A stretch of DNA of 64,000 bases from a virus. Shown here piece after piece: positions 10,844 to 21,000 of this stretch. The DNA is taken from the IMG/VR virus record IMGVR_UViG_3300010370_000029, positions 1-64,000 of that record; one strand, 5' to 3'. A program made the position numbers and the translations under genes. The first letter of the stretch is position 1; each line of letters begins with the position of its first letter. A model generated the notes under the pieces. The model saw nothing but the letters and a program-made list of their open reading frames with translations, was not told the origin of the DNA and ran no database searches.

Positions 10844-11295
10844 TGTCATATTATTTTCCATTTGGTAATTCAAGTTTAGTGGTAAACACAAACGTTAGTT
10901 ATTCGATATCTGCGGTTACGGCAAGTAGACCACAATTTGCATCGATTGTTGTTCCAACAGCGTCTTTCGTAACATCAGTCATTAATGCACCAGCAAGTGG
11001 TACGACCGGTGTTCACAAATCTGCGTCAGACTGTACAAGTACTTCGCCTGTCGGCGCCCAAGGGGTAACCGGTCAACAAGGTGATATGGGTAGTAGTTAT
11101 ACCGTGTGTCCTCCCGGAACAAAAGAATGTCCTGGATTATTTACTTCATTATCTTTGTTTGTTAACCCAAACAGAGCGTCTGGTTCTCAATTCAGTATCG
11201 TATGTATTGAAACTGCTGGGTATGTATACTCAAGCGTAGGATGTCCAGATTATTTACCAACATCATCAAATCCAAACATCCCTGCTATTCCATAA
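10843..11295 (+). CDS. Small collagen-segment virion protein (paralogue 3)
   Basis: MSYYFPFG start overlapping the previous stop (TAATG); GAQGVTGQQGDMG; several Cys. Confidence 0.6.
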   Translation: MSYYFPFGNSSLVVNTNVSYSISAVTASRPQFASIVVPTASFVTSVINAPASGTTGVHKSASDCTSTSPVGAQGVTGQQGDMGSSYTVCPPGTKECPGLFTSLSLFVNPNRASGSQFSIVCIETAGYVYSSVGCPDYLPTSSNPNIPAIP

Positions 11296-11297
11296 CC

Positions 11298-11326
11298 TTG
11301 ACAAATATTAAACGGCATTTTAAATT
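11298..11326 (+). promoter_or_regulatory. sigma70-type promoter
   Basis: TTGACA-17-TAAATT. Confidence 0.65.
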
Positions 11327-11351
11327 TTATTAAACACCATAGGTAGATATT

Positions 11352-11567
11352 ATGACAGCAACGGTTCCAGTTCCATTGGCATTACGCCATTTAATTGAAA
11401 GTAACAACCAATTATTGAAAACGTATCAACAAGAGTTGACCACCAAAGTAGTGGTCGCTAACGAAGAAATGATGCGGCTATTAGGATTAGACGCCAACGA
11501 TGGGTGGAGATTAGACGTAGATACATTCACATACGTCAAGGTCGAAGATGGTACATCCGTCAGCTGA
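11352..11567 (+). CDS. Hypothetical protein
   Basis: 71-aa ORF after the promoter, overlapping the helicase start. Confidence 0.6.
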   Translation: MTATVPVPLALRHLIESNNQLLKTYQQELTTKVVVANEEMMRLLGLDANDGWRLDVDTFTYVKVEDGTSVS

Positions 11568-13437
11568 TACCGCAATACTTACGTGGGGAAAATTCAAGGG
11601 ATATTCGCTTTCGACTGTTTATTATCGAAATCAATCATATCTCCAATGGATGACCACCACGATTGGGATTCCCGAAGTCTGGAAAGAAGCAGCCAAACTG
11701 GTATTGGCTGGTGAAGACATTTCCCATTTAAAGATTGCCCGTACCACGCAAACTCCCGCGGTAGAAAAGCCCCAAACATCAACATCAGTTCAAGTCACCG
11801 TTACGTTAGTTGATAGTAAAACGGGGGCTGTCGCTATGCCATATAATCCACCCTTGATGGAACGTTTCAAGTACGAAGTAGACGGTCGTAAGTGGAATGG
11901 GGAAAATAAAACGTGGGAGTTTCCAGCAGTTCATCTTCCGAAAGTGTTTAAGGTCTTTGGCGAAGAAAATATCCAATGTGATGAGAAAGTCTTGAAGTTA
12001 CTGGAAAAGCTCAAAGACCGTCGAGAAGATTTAGACGAGATTCGGGTCAAAGAAGATATTGATTTCAGTATCAAGGGGATGCAACTCCAACTCTACCCAT
12101 ATCAGAAAGTCGGTGTCACGTTCGTTGAACGAGCCGACGGCCGGTGTCTGATTGCCGATGCACCTGGGTTGGGTAAGACTGCACAAGCAATTGGATTTGC
12201 CCAACACAAGAACCTTAAGACGGTCATCGTTTGCCCACTCTCCGTCGTGGTTAACTGGAAGCGTGAAATCAAGAAGTTTACTGGAAAGGATGCAACCATC
12301 TGGGACAGTAAGAGTTACGATGGAAAACTCTCCAATCAGTTCCATATCGTCCACTATGACGCCGTGGGTAAGGTTGTTGGTGACTTACGAAAGCAAGAAT
12401 TTGAACTACTGGTCTGTGACGAAGCAACCTATCTCAAGAACCGACAAACCATCCGAGCAAAGAGTATTCTGGGTTCGTATAAAGAACGACGTAAATATCC
12501 AGGCATCAAAACGAAGTACTGCCTATTCCTTACTGGTACTCCTGTGATGTCTCGTCCAATCGAAGCGTTCGCTTTGTTGAACTTCCCTGACAAAGAACGT
12601 TTCAATAATTTCTTCCATTTTACCCAGCGGTACGGGGGATGGAAGGGAGAAGCACCCCGCAATCTCCAAGACCTCCACGACCGCACGAAAGATTTGGTTA
12701 TTCGTCGCAAGAAGGAACAGATTCTTACTGAACTTCCAGCAAAACAACGAAATGACCTATACGTTGAGTTGACAAAGGACGAACAGAAACAATATAAGGA
12801 ATTACTACGAGAAGTCTTTGGTCGGTGGAAGGTAGAGAAACCTACCATCGGTCACATGCCGAAACTTCAAAACTTCTTGATTGAAAAGAAGATTCCACGG
12901 TTAGTAGAAATGGTGGATGAATTCTTGGATAACGATAAACCGATCCTTATTTTCAGTAATTATATTGCTCCGCTTAAGTTCTTGGCTGAGCAGTATGGGG
13001 ACAAGGCAGCACTTTTAACGGGTGAGATGAACAGTAAGGAACGTCAAGTCACAATTGACCGATTGACCAAGGGTGAAGCAAAAGTAGGGTTGTTTAGCCT
13101 TATGGCGGCAGGTATGGGTATTGACGGACTCCAACATCAGATAGATACCGTGGTATTTTTGAACTGTGATTGGGTTCCAGCAAACCACGAACAAGCTGAG
13201 GACAGAACCCACCGTATCGGTCAAAAAGGACAAGTTCAAGTTTATTATATGTTATGTGCCGATACCATCGATGAATATATGCGTGATATCCTCAAAGAGA
13301 AACAGCAGGTGGCAGACTTAGTGGTGGATGGGGCGTTAGTCACTCCTGAACGTTCTAAGTCCTATTTTAAGGAATTTGTGAAGAAAATTAATAGTGTTTA
13401 TAAGCAAGATATTTCCACTCAAAATATAGAAGATTAA
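11548..13437 (+). CDS. SNF2-family helicase with HARP-like domain (SMARCAL1-like)
   Basis: ADAPGLGKT, CDEA, LTGTP, QAEDRTHRIGQ; MPYNPPLMERFK..GRKWNGENKTWEFP resembles HARP; N-terminal WGKFKG...YLQW motif. Confidence 0.88.
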   Translation: MVHPSADTAILTWGKFKGYSLSTVYYRNQSYLQWMTTTIGIPEVWKEAAKLVLAGEDISHLKIARTTQTPAVEKPQTSTSVQVTVTLVDSKTGAVAMPYNPPLMERFKYEVDGRKWNGENKTWEFPAVHLPKVFKVFGEENIQCDEKVLKLLEKLKDRREDLDEIRVKEDIDFSIKGMQLQLYPYQKVGVTFVERADGRCLIADAPGLGKTAQAIGFAQHKNLKTVIVCPLSVVVNWKREIKKFTGKDATIWDSKSYDGKLSNQFHIVHYDAVGKVVGDLRKQEFELLVCDEATYLKNRQTIRAKSILGSYKERRKYPGIKTKYCLFLTGTPVMSRPIEAFALLNFPDKERFNNFFHFTQRYGGWKGEAPRNLQDLHDRTKDLVIRRKKEQILTELPAKQRNDLYVELTKDEQKQYKELLREVFGRWKVEKPTIGHMPKLQNFLIEKKIPRLVEMVDEFLDNDKPILIFSNYIAPLKFLAEQYGDKAALLTGEMNSKERQVTIDRLTKGEAKVGLFSLMAAGMGIDGLQHQIDTVVFLNCDWVPANHEQAEDRTHRIGQKGQVQVYYMLCADTIDEYMRDILKEKQQVADLVVDGALVTPERSKSYFKEFVKKINSVYKQDISTQNIED

Positions 13438-13480
13438 TATTTATATAGGTGGTAAAACCAAATAGTTTAAGGAGTTATTT

Positions 13481-14227
13481 ATGGCAGAATATAGTTTCCC
13501 GACAGAAACGATAGACCTCCCAAGTGGTGGAAAACTCTATCCAGAGGGAAGCCCGTTACGGAGTGGGACCATTGATATCAAGTATATGACCGCTAAGGAA
13601 GAAGATATCTTGACTTCAACCAATCTCATTCAGAAAGGCGTGGTAATTGATAAGTTGATGGAAAGTTTGATTGTTACCAAGGGTGTAAAACCCGATGATT
13701 TATTGGTCGGGGATTTAAACGCAGTAATGGTTGCGGCTCGTATCCTTGGGTATGGAAAAGACTATCCAATTCAACTATTATGTTCATCTTGTGGTAAGAA
13801 GGTTGACCACGTGGTAGACCTTTCAAAATTAGATATGGTTACTCCAGAAAGTGACTCGGCAAACGGCGAACATACGTTTGTATTACCCACTGGAATTAGT
13901 ATTACCTTTAAGTTATTGACCCGCGGCGATGAAAAAAATATTCAAGCTGAGGTAGAATCCTTAAAGAAAATTAATGGGGCTATTGAAGGTGACACATCGA
14001 CCCGATTAAAGTACATTATTACCTCAGTCAATGGTAATCGGGACAAGAAAAGTATCAGAGAGTTTGCAGATGCAATGATTCTCCGTGATATTCGGGCACT
14101 TCGTGAACAAATGAAAAAGGTTTCGCCTGATGTAGATTTTAATTTAAATATTACGTGTTCTCAATGTGACACTACTACCGCAGCGAGGATGCCCATTGGG
14201 GCAACCTTTTTTTGGCCTGACTTCTGA
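13481..14227 (+). CDS. T4 gp26-like baseplate hub / tail assembly chaperone
   Basis: LPSGG..Y, YMTAKEEDILTS, ARILGYG..Y, two CxxC pairs, ends FFWPDF; directly upstream of the tape-measure-like gene. Confidence 0.75.
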   Translation: MAEYSFPTETIDLPSGGKLYPEGSPLRSGTIDIKYMTAKEEDILTSTNLIQKGVVIDKLMESLIVTKGVKPDDLLVGDLNAVMVAARILGYGKDYPIQLLCSSCGKKVDHVVDLSKLDMVTPESDSANGEHTFVLPTGISITFKLLTRGDEKNIQAEVESLKKINGAIEGDTSTRLKYIITSVNGNRDKKSIREFADAMILRDIRALREQMKKVSPDVDFNLNITCSQCDTTTAARMPIGATFFWPDF

Positions 14228-14249
14228 GAACAAGGTTCAAATACATAAA

Positions 14250-14417
14250 ATGTTGTTTACATTAGCATATTATAGTAATGGTGCGTTTAACTTTGAACAA
14301 GTCTATAATATGCCGGTTTACTTACGAAACTTCTATATGAAGCAACTAGAAGAAACAAAAGAAAAAGAAGCAGATTTGGTCAAGTCAAACCAACGTAGTA
14401 AACCTTCCAAGAGATAA
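14250..14417 (+). CDS. Small tail-assembly ORF (gp51-like), possibly a frameshift extension of the upstream gene
   Basis: VYNMPVYLRNFY motif; frame open back through the T7 run at 14207-14213; no RBS before the ATG. Confidence 0.6.
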   Translation: MLFTLAYYSNGAFNFEQVYNMPVYLRNFYMKQLEETKEKEADLVKSNQRSKPSKR

Positions 14418-14420
14418 TCT

Positions 14421-15875
14421 ATGGCAACCCCAACCCAAGAAGATTTTTCATCATTAAGCAGTGCGATAGCCTCATTAACAGAAGCACTTGGTAAAGGCCA
14501 AGAGAATACTGCTGCGGGTACTAAGATATCGCCAGAGTTTAAGAAAAATTTGATTGGACTGGGTACTGAACTATTAAAGGTAGCCGATGCTGGAAGAAAA
14601 TTCGGTCAAACCATCGGAGTGTCCGCTACTTCAGGAATAGAATTAGAACTTAAGAATCGTGCACAGGCCGTTCGACAAATTATTAGTTTAGAAGCAAATC
14701 GCGCAGCGTCACTCAGTCAAATTCAAGCAGTTGAAAAATCTCTAGCAGACACCTTCATTGGTGTACGCGACGGATTTAAATTCAGTGCACAAGGTGCAGC
14801 ACAACTTGCAAGTAATTTAAAAGGTGGATTCGGGTCAGAATTTGAATTAACTGGTGAATCGCTAAGAGCATTGACTGTTATCGGGGCAACCACCACAGAA
14901 CAATTTACTGCGTTTCGTCAAGCGACCGGTCGAGCAAGTTTGTCGTCTAATCAACTTGCTACTATTGTTAATAAAAATTCCTTATCATTTTTATTATATG
15001 GAAATAGATTTGCCAAGGCAGCAGCAGATGCAGAAAAGATTGGAATCAGTTTGGCATCTATTCAATCAGCTCAAGCGGGATTGGTTACCAATTTAGAAGG
15101 AACGATTGATACCGTAGCCCAATTAAATCAATTGGGTGGGCAAATTGATTTTGGCACCTTAACTCGAATTGCAGAACAAGAAGGACCAGATGCGTTACTA
15201 GCTTACCTTAGAGCAACAGTTCCATCAGAATTTTTTAAGAGCACCAGCTTCCGTGCTTTGTTTGAACAGTTAGGAGTATCGTCTGAACAATTACTCCGAG
15301 CTGGTCAAGTACGTACTACTGCTGATAATTTAGACTCACAGCTAAGCCAACTAGGAACTAACGCTACGGCGACTTCCAAAGCACTAGCGGCGTTGTCTTC
15401 CGCAGCTAATGCGGTTAATTCAAGTTTTGGTGGTTTAGCAAAGCAAATAGTGGCTTCTGCGGCAGGTACTGCCATTGGTGGTGGAGCATTAAAAGGTTTA
15501 GGAAAGGCATTAGGTGGTACGGTTGCTGCGTTCGCCGCACCGGAAATTGCAGCAGTCGCAGCCACCGCAGCGGTAGGGTACGGTCTATACAGTCTATTCA
15601 AGGGAGATGATGTAATCTCTGGGTACGGTGAACGTACCTTGGTAACTCCAACCGGCGCGGTAGCATTGAACAATAATGATACGGTATTGGCAGGAACTCG
15701 CTTGATGTCCCAAGGAGCACTGCAACCGGGTGACACCTCAGAGTTGAATAGAAAAGTTGACACATTAATCGCTACATTACAAAACGCAAATACTACGATT
15801 AATATTGACGGTACAATGAGAACGGTTCCTCGTATGAGTTTGGTTGGTGTGTACTCACGTAATGAGAGAGCATAA
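14421..15875 (+). CDS. Tape-measure-like protein
   Basis: Ala/Gly/Leu-rich helical sequence with a hydrophobic GA-rich segment; lies between chaperone and baseplate genes. Confidence 0.65.
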   Translation: MATPTQEDFSSLSSAIASLTEALGKGQENTAAGTKISPEFKKNLIGLGTELLKVADAGRKFGQTIGVSATSGIELELKNRAQAVRQIISLEANRAASLSQIQAVEKSLADTFIGVRDGFKFSAQGAAQLASNLKGGFGSEFELTGESLRALTVIGATTTEQFTAFRQATGRASLSSNQLATIVNKNSLSFLLYGNRFAKAAADAEKIGISLASIQSAQAGLVTNLEGTIDTVAQLNQLGGQIDFGTLTRIAEQEGPDALLAYLRATVPSEFFKSTSFRALFEQLGVSSEQLLRAGQVRTTADNLDSQLSQLGTNATATSKALAALSSAANAVNSSFGGLAKQIVASAAGTAIGGGALKGLGKALGGTVAAFAAPEIAAVAATAAVGYGLYSLFKGDDVISGYGERTLVTPTGAVALNNNDTVLAGTRLMSQGALQPGDTSELNRKVDTLIATLQNANTTINIDGTMRTVPRMSLVGVYSRNERA

Positions 15876-15877
15876 TT

Positions 15878-17821
15878 ATGGCATTTACGACATTAGCTGA
15901 TCGGTTTGCCCAATCGTCGCAAGAAATATACGGGAAGTTCGCTACTCGGCAAACTCCTGATGGGCAACCGTACATCAGTATTCTTCCAGATACCGCTGAT
16001 TCTCGTAGTAGAATTAAAAGCGATAGCCAATCTGTTCCTGTGGTGTCTACTCAACGTGATGTTACAAGAGTTAGTAGATTTTTAAAATCGTCCGATGGAC
16101 TTCTTTTTATTGCTAAACAAACGTTGTTGCAAACTGGTAATACGTTCGTCAATACGAAACTATTCAATCCTGCCTCGGTACTATTAAATACTGTTCCGTT
16201 CGTGCACGCTCGTCGTCATATTGTAACGTCCGCAATAGTACCAAATCCATCAGGACTACTTCAAAATAGTACTGTGTCGGACACCGCGGGTCGTATTAAA
16301 ATTATTACCACAGGCGGTCCAACATTACCTTCACTTTCTCTACGGTCATTTGTATCTACACAATTAAAGAAAGCAGCAAATACGATTATCCCATTTCCAC
16401 AAAATTATTTGACATCTAGACCAGAATATAGAACATTTGGTTATACTGGAGGTACTTTAACACCTAAATCATCCGGTCCAGTTATCGTGGACCCCCAGCC
16501 ATTAAGTTCACGTGGATTGCCAAGATTATCTACCACGGCTACGGTTAAAAGTATTGTACAAAAGAAAGTAACTACTACGCTTACTGGGTTAGCAACCAGT
16601 GTAATACGTAAATTGGGCGGTCGTATACAAGTTCCGGCGGCATTGAAGGAACCAGAAAAGATTCCAGATTTTGTTAGAGCAGCGGAACAGTTTAGAGACA
16701 ATCAACTAAAAAGAACTAAAGATAGATTTAATAGTAAGTTCTTTGCCGAAAAGCAATTTTATCAACAAAACATAGCTACCTCGGTGGTAGAAACCAGTGG
16801 TATAAATCCTGTAATTAATGGAAGTGCTGGCTCAGTCCTTGACCCATTGAATATTGGATTGGATGGTTCTGCTGATGCGGGGACGGAACAAGGAAAAACT
16901 GATAGAATAGGGTACGGTGGTATAAACACCAAGCACGAAGGTAAAGGCGTTGACATTATAAGATTCGTATTCACAGACAGTAACGATAATAATGTACAGT
17001 TCAGAGCATTTATTTCTCAATTAAAAGAATCAACAAAGACTGAATTCAATGAACAACGATACGTTGGTCGTACTGAACGATTTGTAACGTATGGAGGTGC
17101 AAAGCGGTCAGTAAGTATGAATTTTAATATCGCTGCGTTCTCACAAAAAGAATTAATTAATGCATGGACAAAGGTAAACTTTCTTACGGGATTGGCGTTC
17201 CCAGCAGATGTATCCGAAAGTGGATTTATGGTTCCTCCATTATTTAAGATTACCGTGGGTGGTATTTATGATAATCAACCGTGTTACATCGAAACACTAG
17301 ATTTTGATTTTATAGATGAAAATATTACATTTGACGTTGATAGAGAAGTATCACAAACTATTAATGTAACTATGACAATATCGCTACTCGAAAAACGTAG
17401 TAAGTTCTATAATAGTCCATTCTACAAGATTACAGAAGATTTACCAGCATATTATTCAGCAAGACTAGCATCAACTGTGCCGATTAGATCTAATAATGTA
17501 GTTGATGCCGCGGTAAAGGAAGCCGCACGTAGAGGAGTTACAAGAGTAGAATTATCACTCCGAGACAGAGTTCGATTTGCGACCTCAGCTGTTGTAAGCG
17601 GGAACCTCCGTGCACCAGAAAGTGTTCTCCGTATACCGGCTCCTAGACAAATTCCGTTACCTAATAACACTGAAGTGCAGAAGATAAAGTCTGCACTCAG
17701 ACAATATGAGAGAACCGAGACAGATGCTAATTTTGTGCGTATTGCGGCAGCTGCATTTTGTCAAGACGCTGGGGAAGATAAAGACGCATGTATAAACAAT
17801 TATTTGTCTGGAGGAAACTAA
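15878..17821 (+). CDS. Baseplate / tail-tube initiator-like protein
   Basis: FRAFI..L.E....F....YVGR.E.F.TY.G..RS.S.NF and PPLFKITVG.IY...PCYIE pattern of contractile-tail tube initiators. Confidence 0.6.
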   Translation: MAFTTLADRFAQSSQEIYGKFATRQTPDGQPYISILPDTADSRSRIKSDSQSVPVVSTQRDVTRVSRFLKSSDGLLFIAKQTLLQTGNTFVNTKLFNPASVLLNTVPFVHARRHIVTSAIVPNPSGLLQNSTVSDTAGRIKIITTGGPTLPSLSLRSFVSTQLKKAANTIIPFPQNYLTSRPEYRTFGYTGGTLTPKSSGPVIVDPQPLSSRGLPRLSTTATVKSIVQKKVTTTLTGLATSVIRKLGGRIQVPAALKEPEKIPDFVRAAEQFRDNQLKRTKDRFNSKFFAEKQFYQQNIATSVVETSGINPVINGSAGSVLDPLNIGLDGSADAGTEQGKTDRIGYGGINTKHEGKGVDIIRFVFTDSNDNNVQFRAFISQLKESTKTEFNEQRYVGRTERFVTYGGAKRSVSMNFNIAAFSQKELINAWTKVNFLTGLAFPADVSESGFMVPPLFKITVGGIYDNQPCYIETLDFDFIDENITFDVDREVSQTINVTMTISLLEKRSKFYNSPFYKITEDLPAYYSARLASTVPIRSNNVVDAAVKEAARRGVTRVELSLRDRVRFATSAVVSGNLRAPESVLRIPAPRQIPLPNNTEVQKIKSALRQYERTETDANFVRIAAAAFCQDAGEDKDACINNYLSGGN

Positions 17822-17822
17822 A

Positions 17823-18080
17823 ATGGATAGATACGTTAAACCGCTATCGGTTGACTCCTCAAAGAAAATTCCGTATTATACCACGGAATTGACCAAAGCT
17901 ATTCCTTTAGAAGATATTCCATTTTATTATATCGTCCAAGAAGGTGATAGACTTGATAGTATCTCTAATAGATTTTACAAAACACCTGATAACTGGTGGG
18001 TCATCGCTAAAGCAAATTTGTTAGTAAATGGAAGCTTAGCGGTACAGCCAGGAACTAGTTTATTTATTCCAAATATTTAA
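17823..18080 (+). CDS. LysM-domain baseplate protein (gp53/tail X-like)
   Basis: YIVQEGDRLDSISNRFY....WWVIAKAN...PGTSLFIP. Confidence 0.85.
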   Translation: MDRYVKPLSVDSSKKIPYYTTELTKAIPLEDIPFYYIVQEGDRLDSISNRFYKTPDNWWVIAKANLLVNGSLAVQPGTSLFIPNI

Positions 18081-18081
18081 T

Positions 18082-21000
18082 ATGTCAACTATAACTGATG
18101 CACCTTGGAGTGCCGCGTTTATATCTTGGGTTCTTAAGCAAGCTATAGCAAGAACTTCAGGATTAGCCTTTCCACAAAATAAAACTGCACATACCGAATA
18201 CGCACAAGAAATTCGAACTAATAGAGCGTATCCGTTTGATGTACTCAATCCAATAATACCCGCTGGTCAGAGTGGGCAAGGACGATTTATAGAGTTAGTT
18301 GACGGAGATATCATCGTTTTTAATAGAGCGGACCCCACGACGGGACAATGGAATACATTAACTTACACCAGTAACCCATGGTCTGGCGTTTCTCACGGTG
18401 ATATTATTACCGGCCGACCATTATTTAGATCAGCGACAAGTAACGCTCTATACACAGGTATTGGTGGAAATTTAGGAACAAAAACCAGTTCCGGTAAAGT
18501 TACACAAAGAAATATAACAGAGAGTGATTTACAACGGGCATTTGTTGTACTTAGAGCAAAGAGCAGACAACATCGGTCAATTATAAAAGAAATTGCTGTA
18601 AATGAAGCCCGATATTGGGATTCAACGGATGGAAAAGCTAGGTGGGATGATGAAAACCAAGAAGGAGCTCGACAACGAGTAAATGAATATTGGCTATCCG
18701 TAGGAATCAATTGGATTCCTTCCCAAGAAGAGGTAATGGTTACTGCACTTTCAAACGCGCCAGAGTTTGGTAATTCAGCGATTACTCCGTTTATTGGGTC
18801 ACTGGAATCATTTCATCCAAAAATTCAATATGAGTTAACACGACGGAGAGTAGCGGCTGAAACAGCTAATACGTATATGCCGTTTGTAAAGCTCACTTCT
18901 CTGATGAACGTAAAGAGTAGTAATTTAACGGCAAGAGGCACGGCATGGTGTCCGTCGTTGGGTATGCACGGAAATCCTGAAAGTTCATTTAAGGACATCT
19001 ACTATCCACAAGATAATAGAAGTATTATTGGCTATGCTACATCAAATGGAAACACTGGAACGCCAGTACGAATTCCTGTTGTGGTGTCTAGTAGTGCTGC
19101 CACAACCGACCAACGTAACATTCCTATCCCAGGCATCACGGAAATAAACGCGGAACGTAGTACCGCTGGCCCTATGGGAGTTCGTGGTGGACTACTTAAA
19201 GCAAACATAAAAATTGCAGCATACTCTGTTGGTCAAGTAGATGCATTACTTACATATTTCCTACGACCGGCGACTAGAGTTGTGTTAGAGTTAGGCAGAA
19301 TATCATCCAACAAAAACGAGTTTAAGATTACCCCGTATGATTGGAATCAACCAAAGGAAGATATTCAAAACGAATTTAGTGAACTAATTGTCAATCCCGA
19401 TAAACAAAAGGAGTTTATCAAGCGATATATCTATAACAATTATGGCAACTATGAACTCTTTATTTGTTATGTAGCCAACTTTAATTTAAAGTATAACAAA
19501 AATAATACATACGAAATAAATCTAACCGTACATTCTGTTCAACAATTTGAAGTTCCAACAAAGCACACGGGAGTAAAATCTACTTGTGCAAGTCCAACAA
19601 CAAATTGTAAAACTATGGATGTTCAAGAATATTTTAATAACGCCTATTCTTGGAAGCAAAATTCGTTTAGTAAGTTAATGTCCAAGTATCTAGAAGATAA
19701 TATATGGCGTGGACAGATTATTCCAATTAGAAATCAACAATCAAATAGTACCGGTGCCGCCAGCTCGGAAGGCGGTACCAGAGAAAATGAATATTTTATT
19801 AGTTGGAGATTTTTCGTAGAAAAAGTATTAAATGACGCAACCTACGGAATTGCCAGTATGTTAGGTACTTCGGCCGCAGCAGATTTGGCAGTATTACGTA
19901 TTTCAAAAGAAGCAACTGAAGAAGAATCTAATAAAGGTCTTATTGCTAATCAAGTTGGATATCATCCAAATTTACGGTCAGTTAATCCGGAAGTTATGGT
20001 GGTCTTTAATCCAAGAGCTCAATCCGCGTATGAAACTTCATTAGACAAGAGTAGGTATCGAAGTATTATCCGTTTTGCAGAAATATCAGGATCTTCAGAT
20101 GCATCTCAACGATTAGAAATTTTAAATAATAATAACTTACTTGACCAATTTTATGCATCATCTGTTCCGTTTGAAAATACACTTAACAATATAAATTCTC
20201 AAGCGGGCGCCTCATATCTGTATCGTGGAGTGTGGTTAAACACGAAAGCTATTAAGCAGGCATTTACATCGGCAGATACAGTCAGTTCGGCAATCAGTAA
20301 TTTATTGAATATGATGAATTCTGCAACAGAAGGATACTGGAACTTACAAGTCTATTCAACGGATGTAACTAATCCGGGTATGCATATTATTGATATGGGC
20401 TTGTCAAAGCCATTAACCAGATTGGAAAGTAAGGAGAGTAAGACAGACCTAAGTATCGATTTAGAAGAATTACAATCGAATAATATTTTAGACAATATAT
20501 CTGGAATTAAAATAAGTAGATATGAAGCATCTCCGAACAGTGATGATGCTAACTATATCTATATGTTCAATAGAAAAACTAAATTATTCCAAGATGGAGA
20601 ACTTGGTAGTGATTTATTAGACTTGGCAGTAGATTTTAACTTACCTCAGGTTATTGCGGTGCAAGCTATTGCCAATATTGGTGGTCCTGCGCAAAAGGGA
20701 ACGTTACAATCTATCAATGTACCAGAATTAAGAGAATTGTCATTAATTCAGAACTTGTTTACTCCGTGTAATCCCGATGAAGATTGTATTTCAGAAAGTG
20801 CGTGCGAAGACGATGCACTTAGAAATTTACGTGAAGAACAACGGTTGGCATCAATAGGATTAGAAAATGCACGGCTTCGTCAATTGGGTGGATTACAAAA
20901 CGCGGGATATAATCCTACCGAAGCGCAACGTATCATTAGTAGAGATCCGTATACTGGTCCATACGGGGATGACGTTAGAAAATATCAAACTACTATAGAC

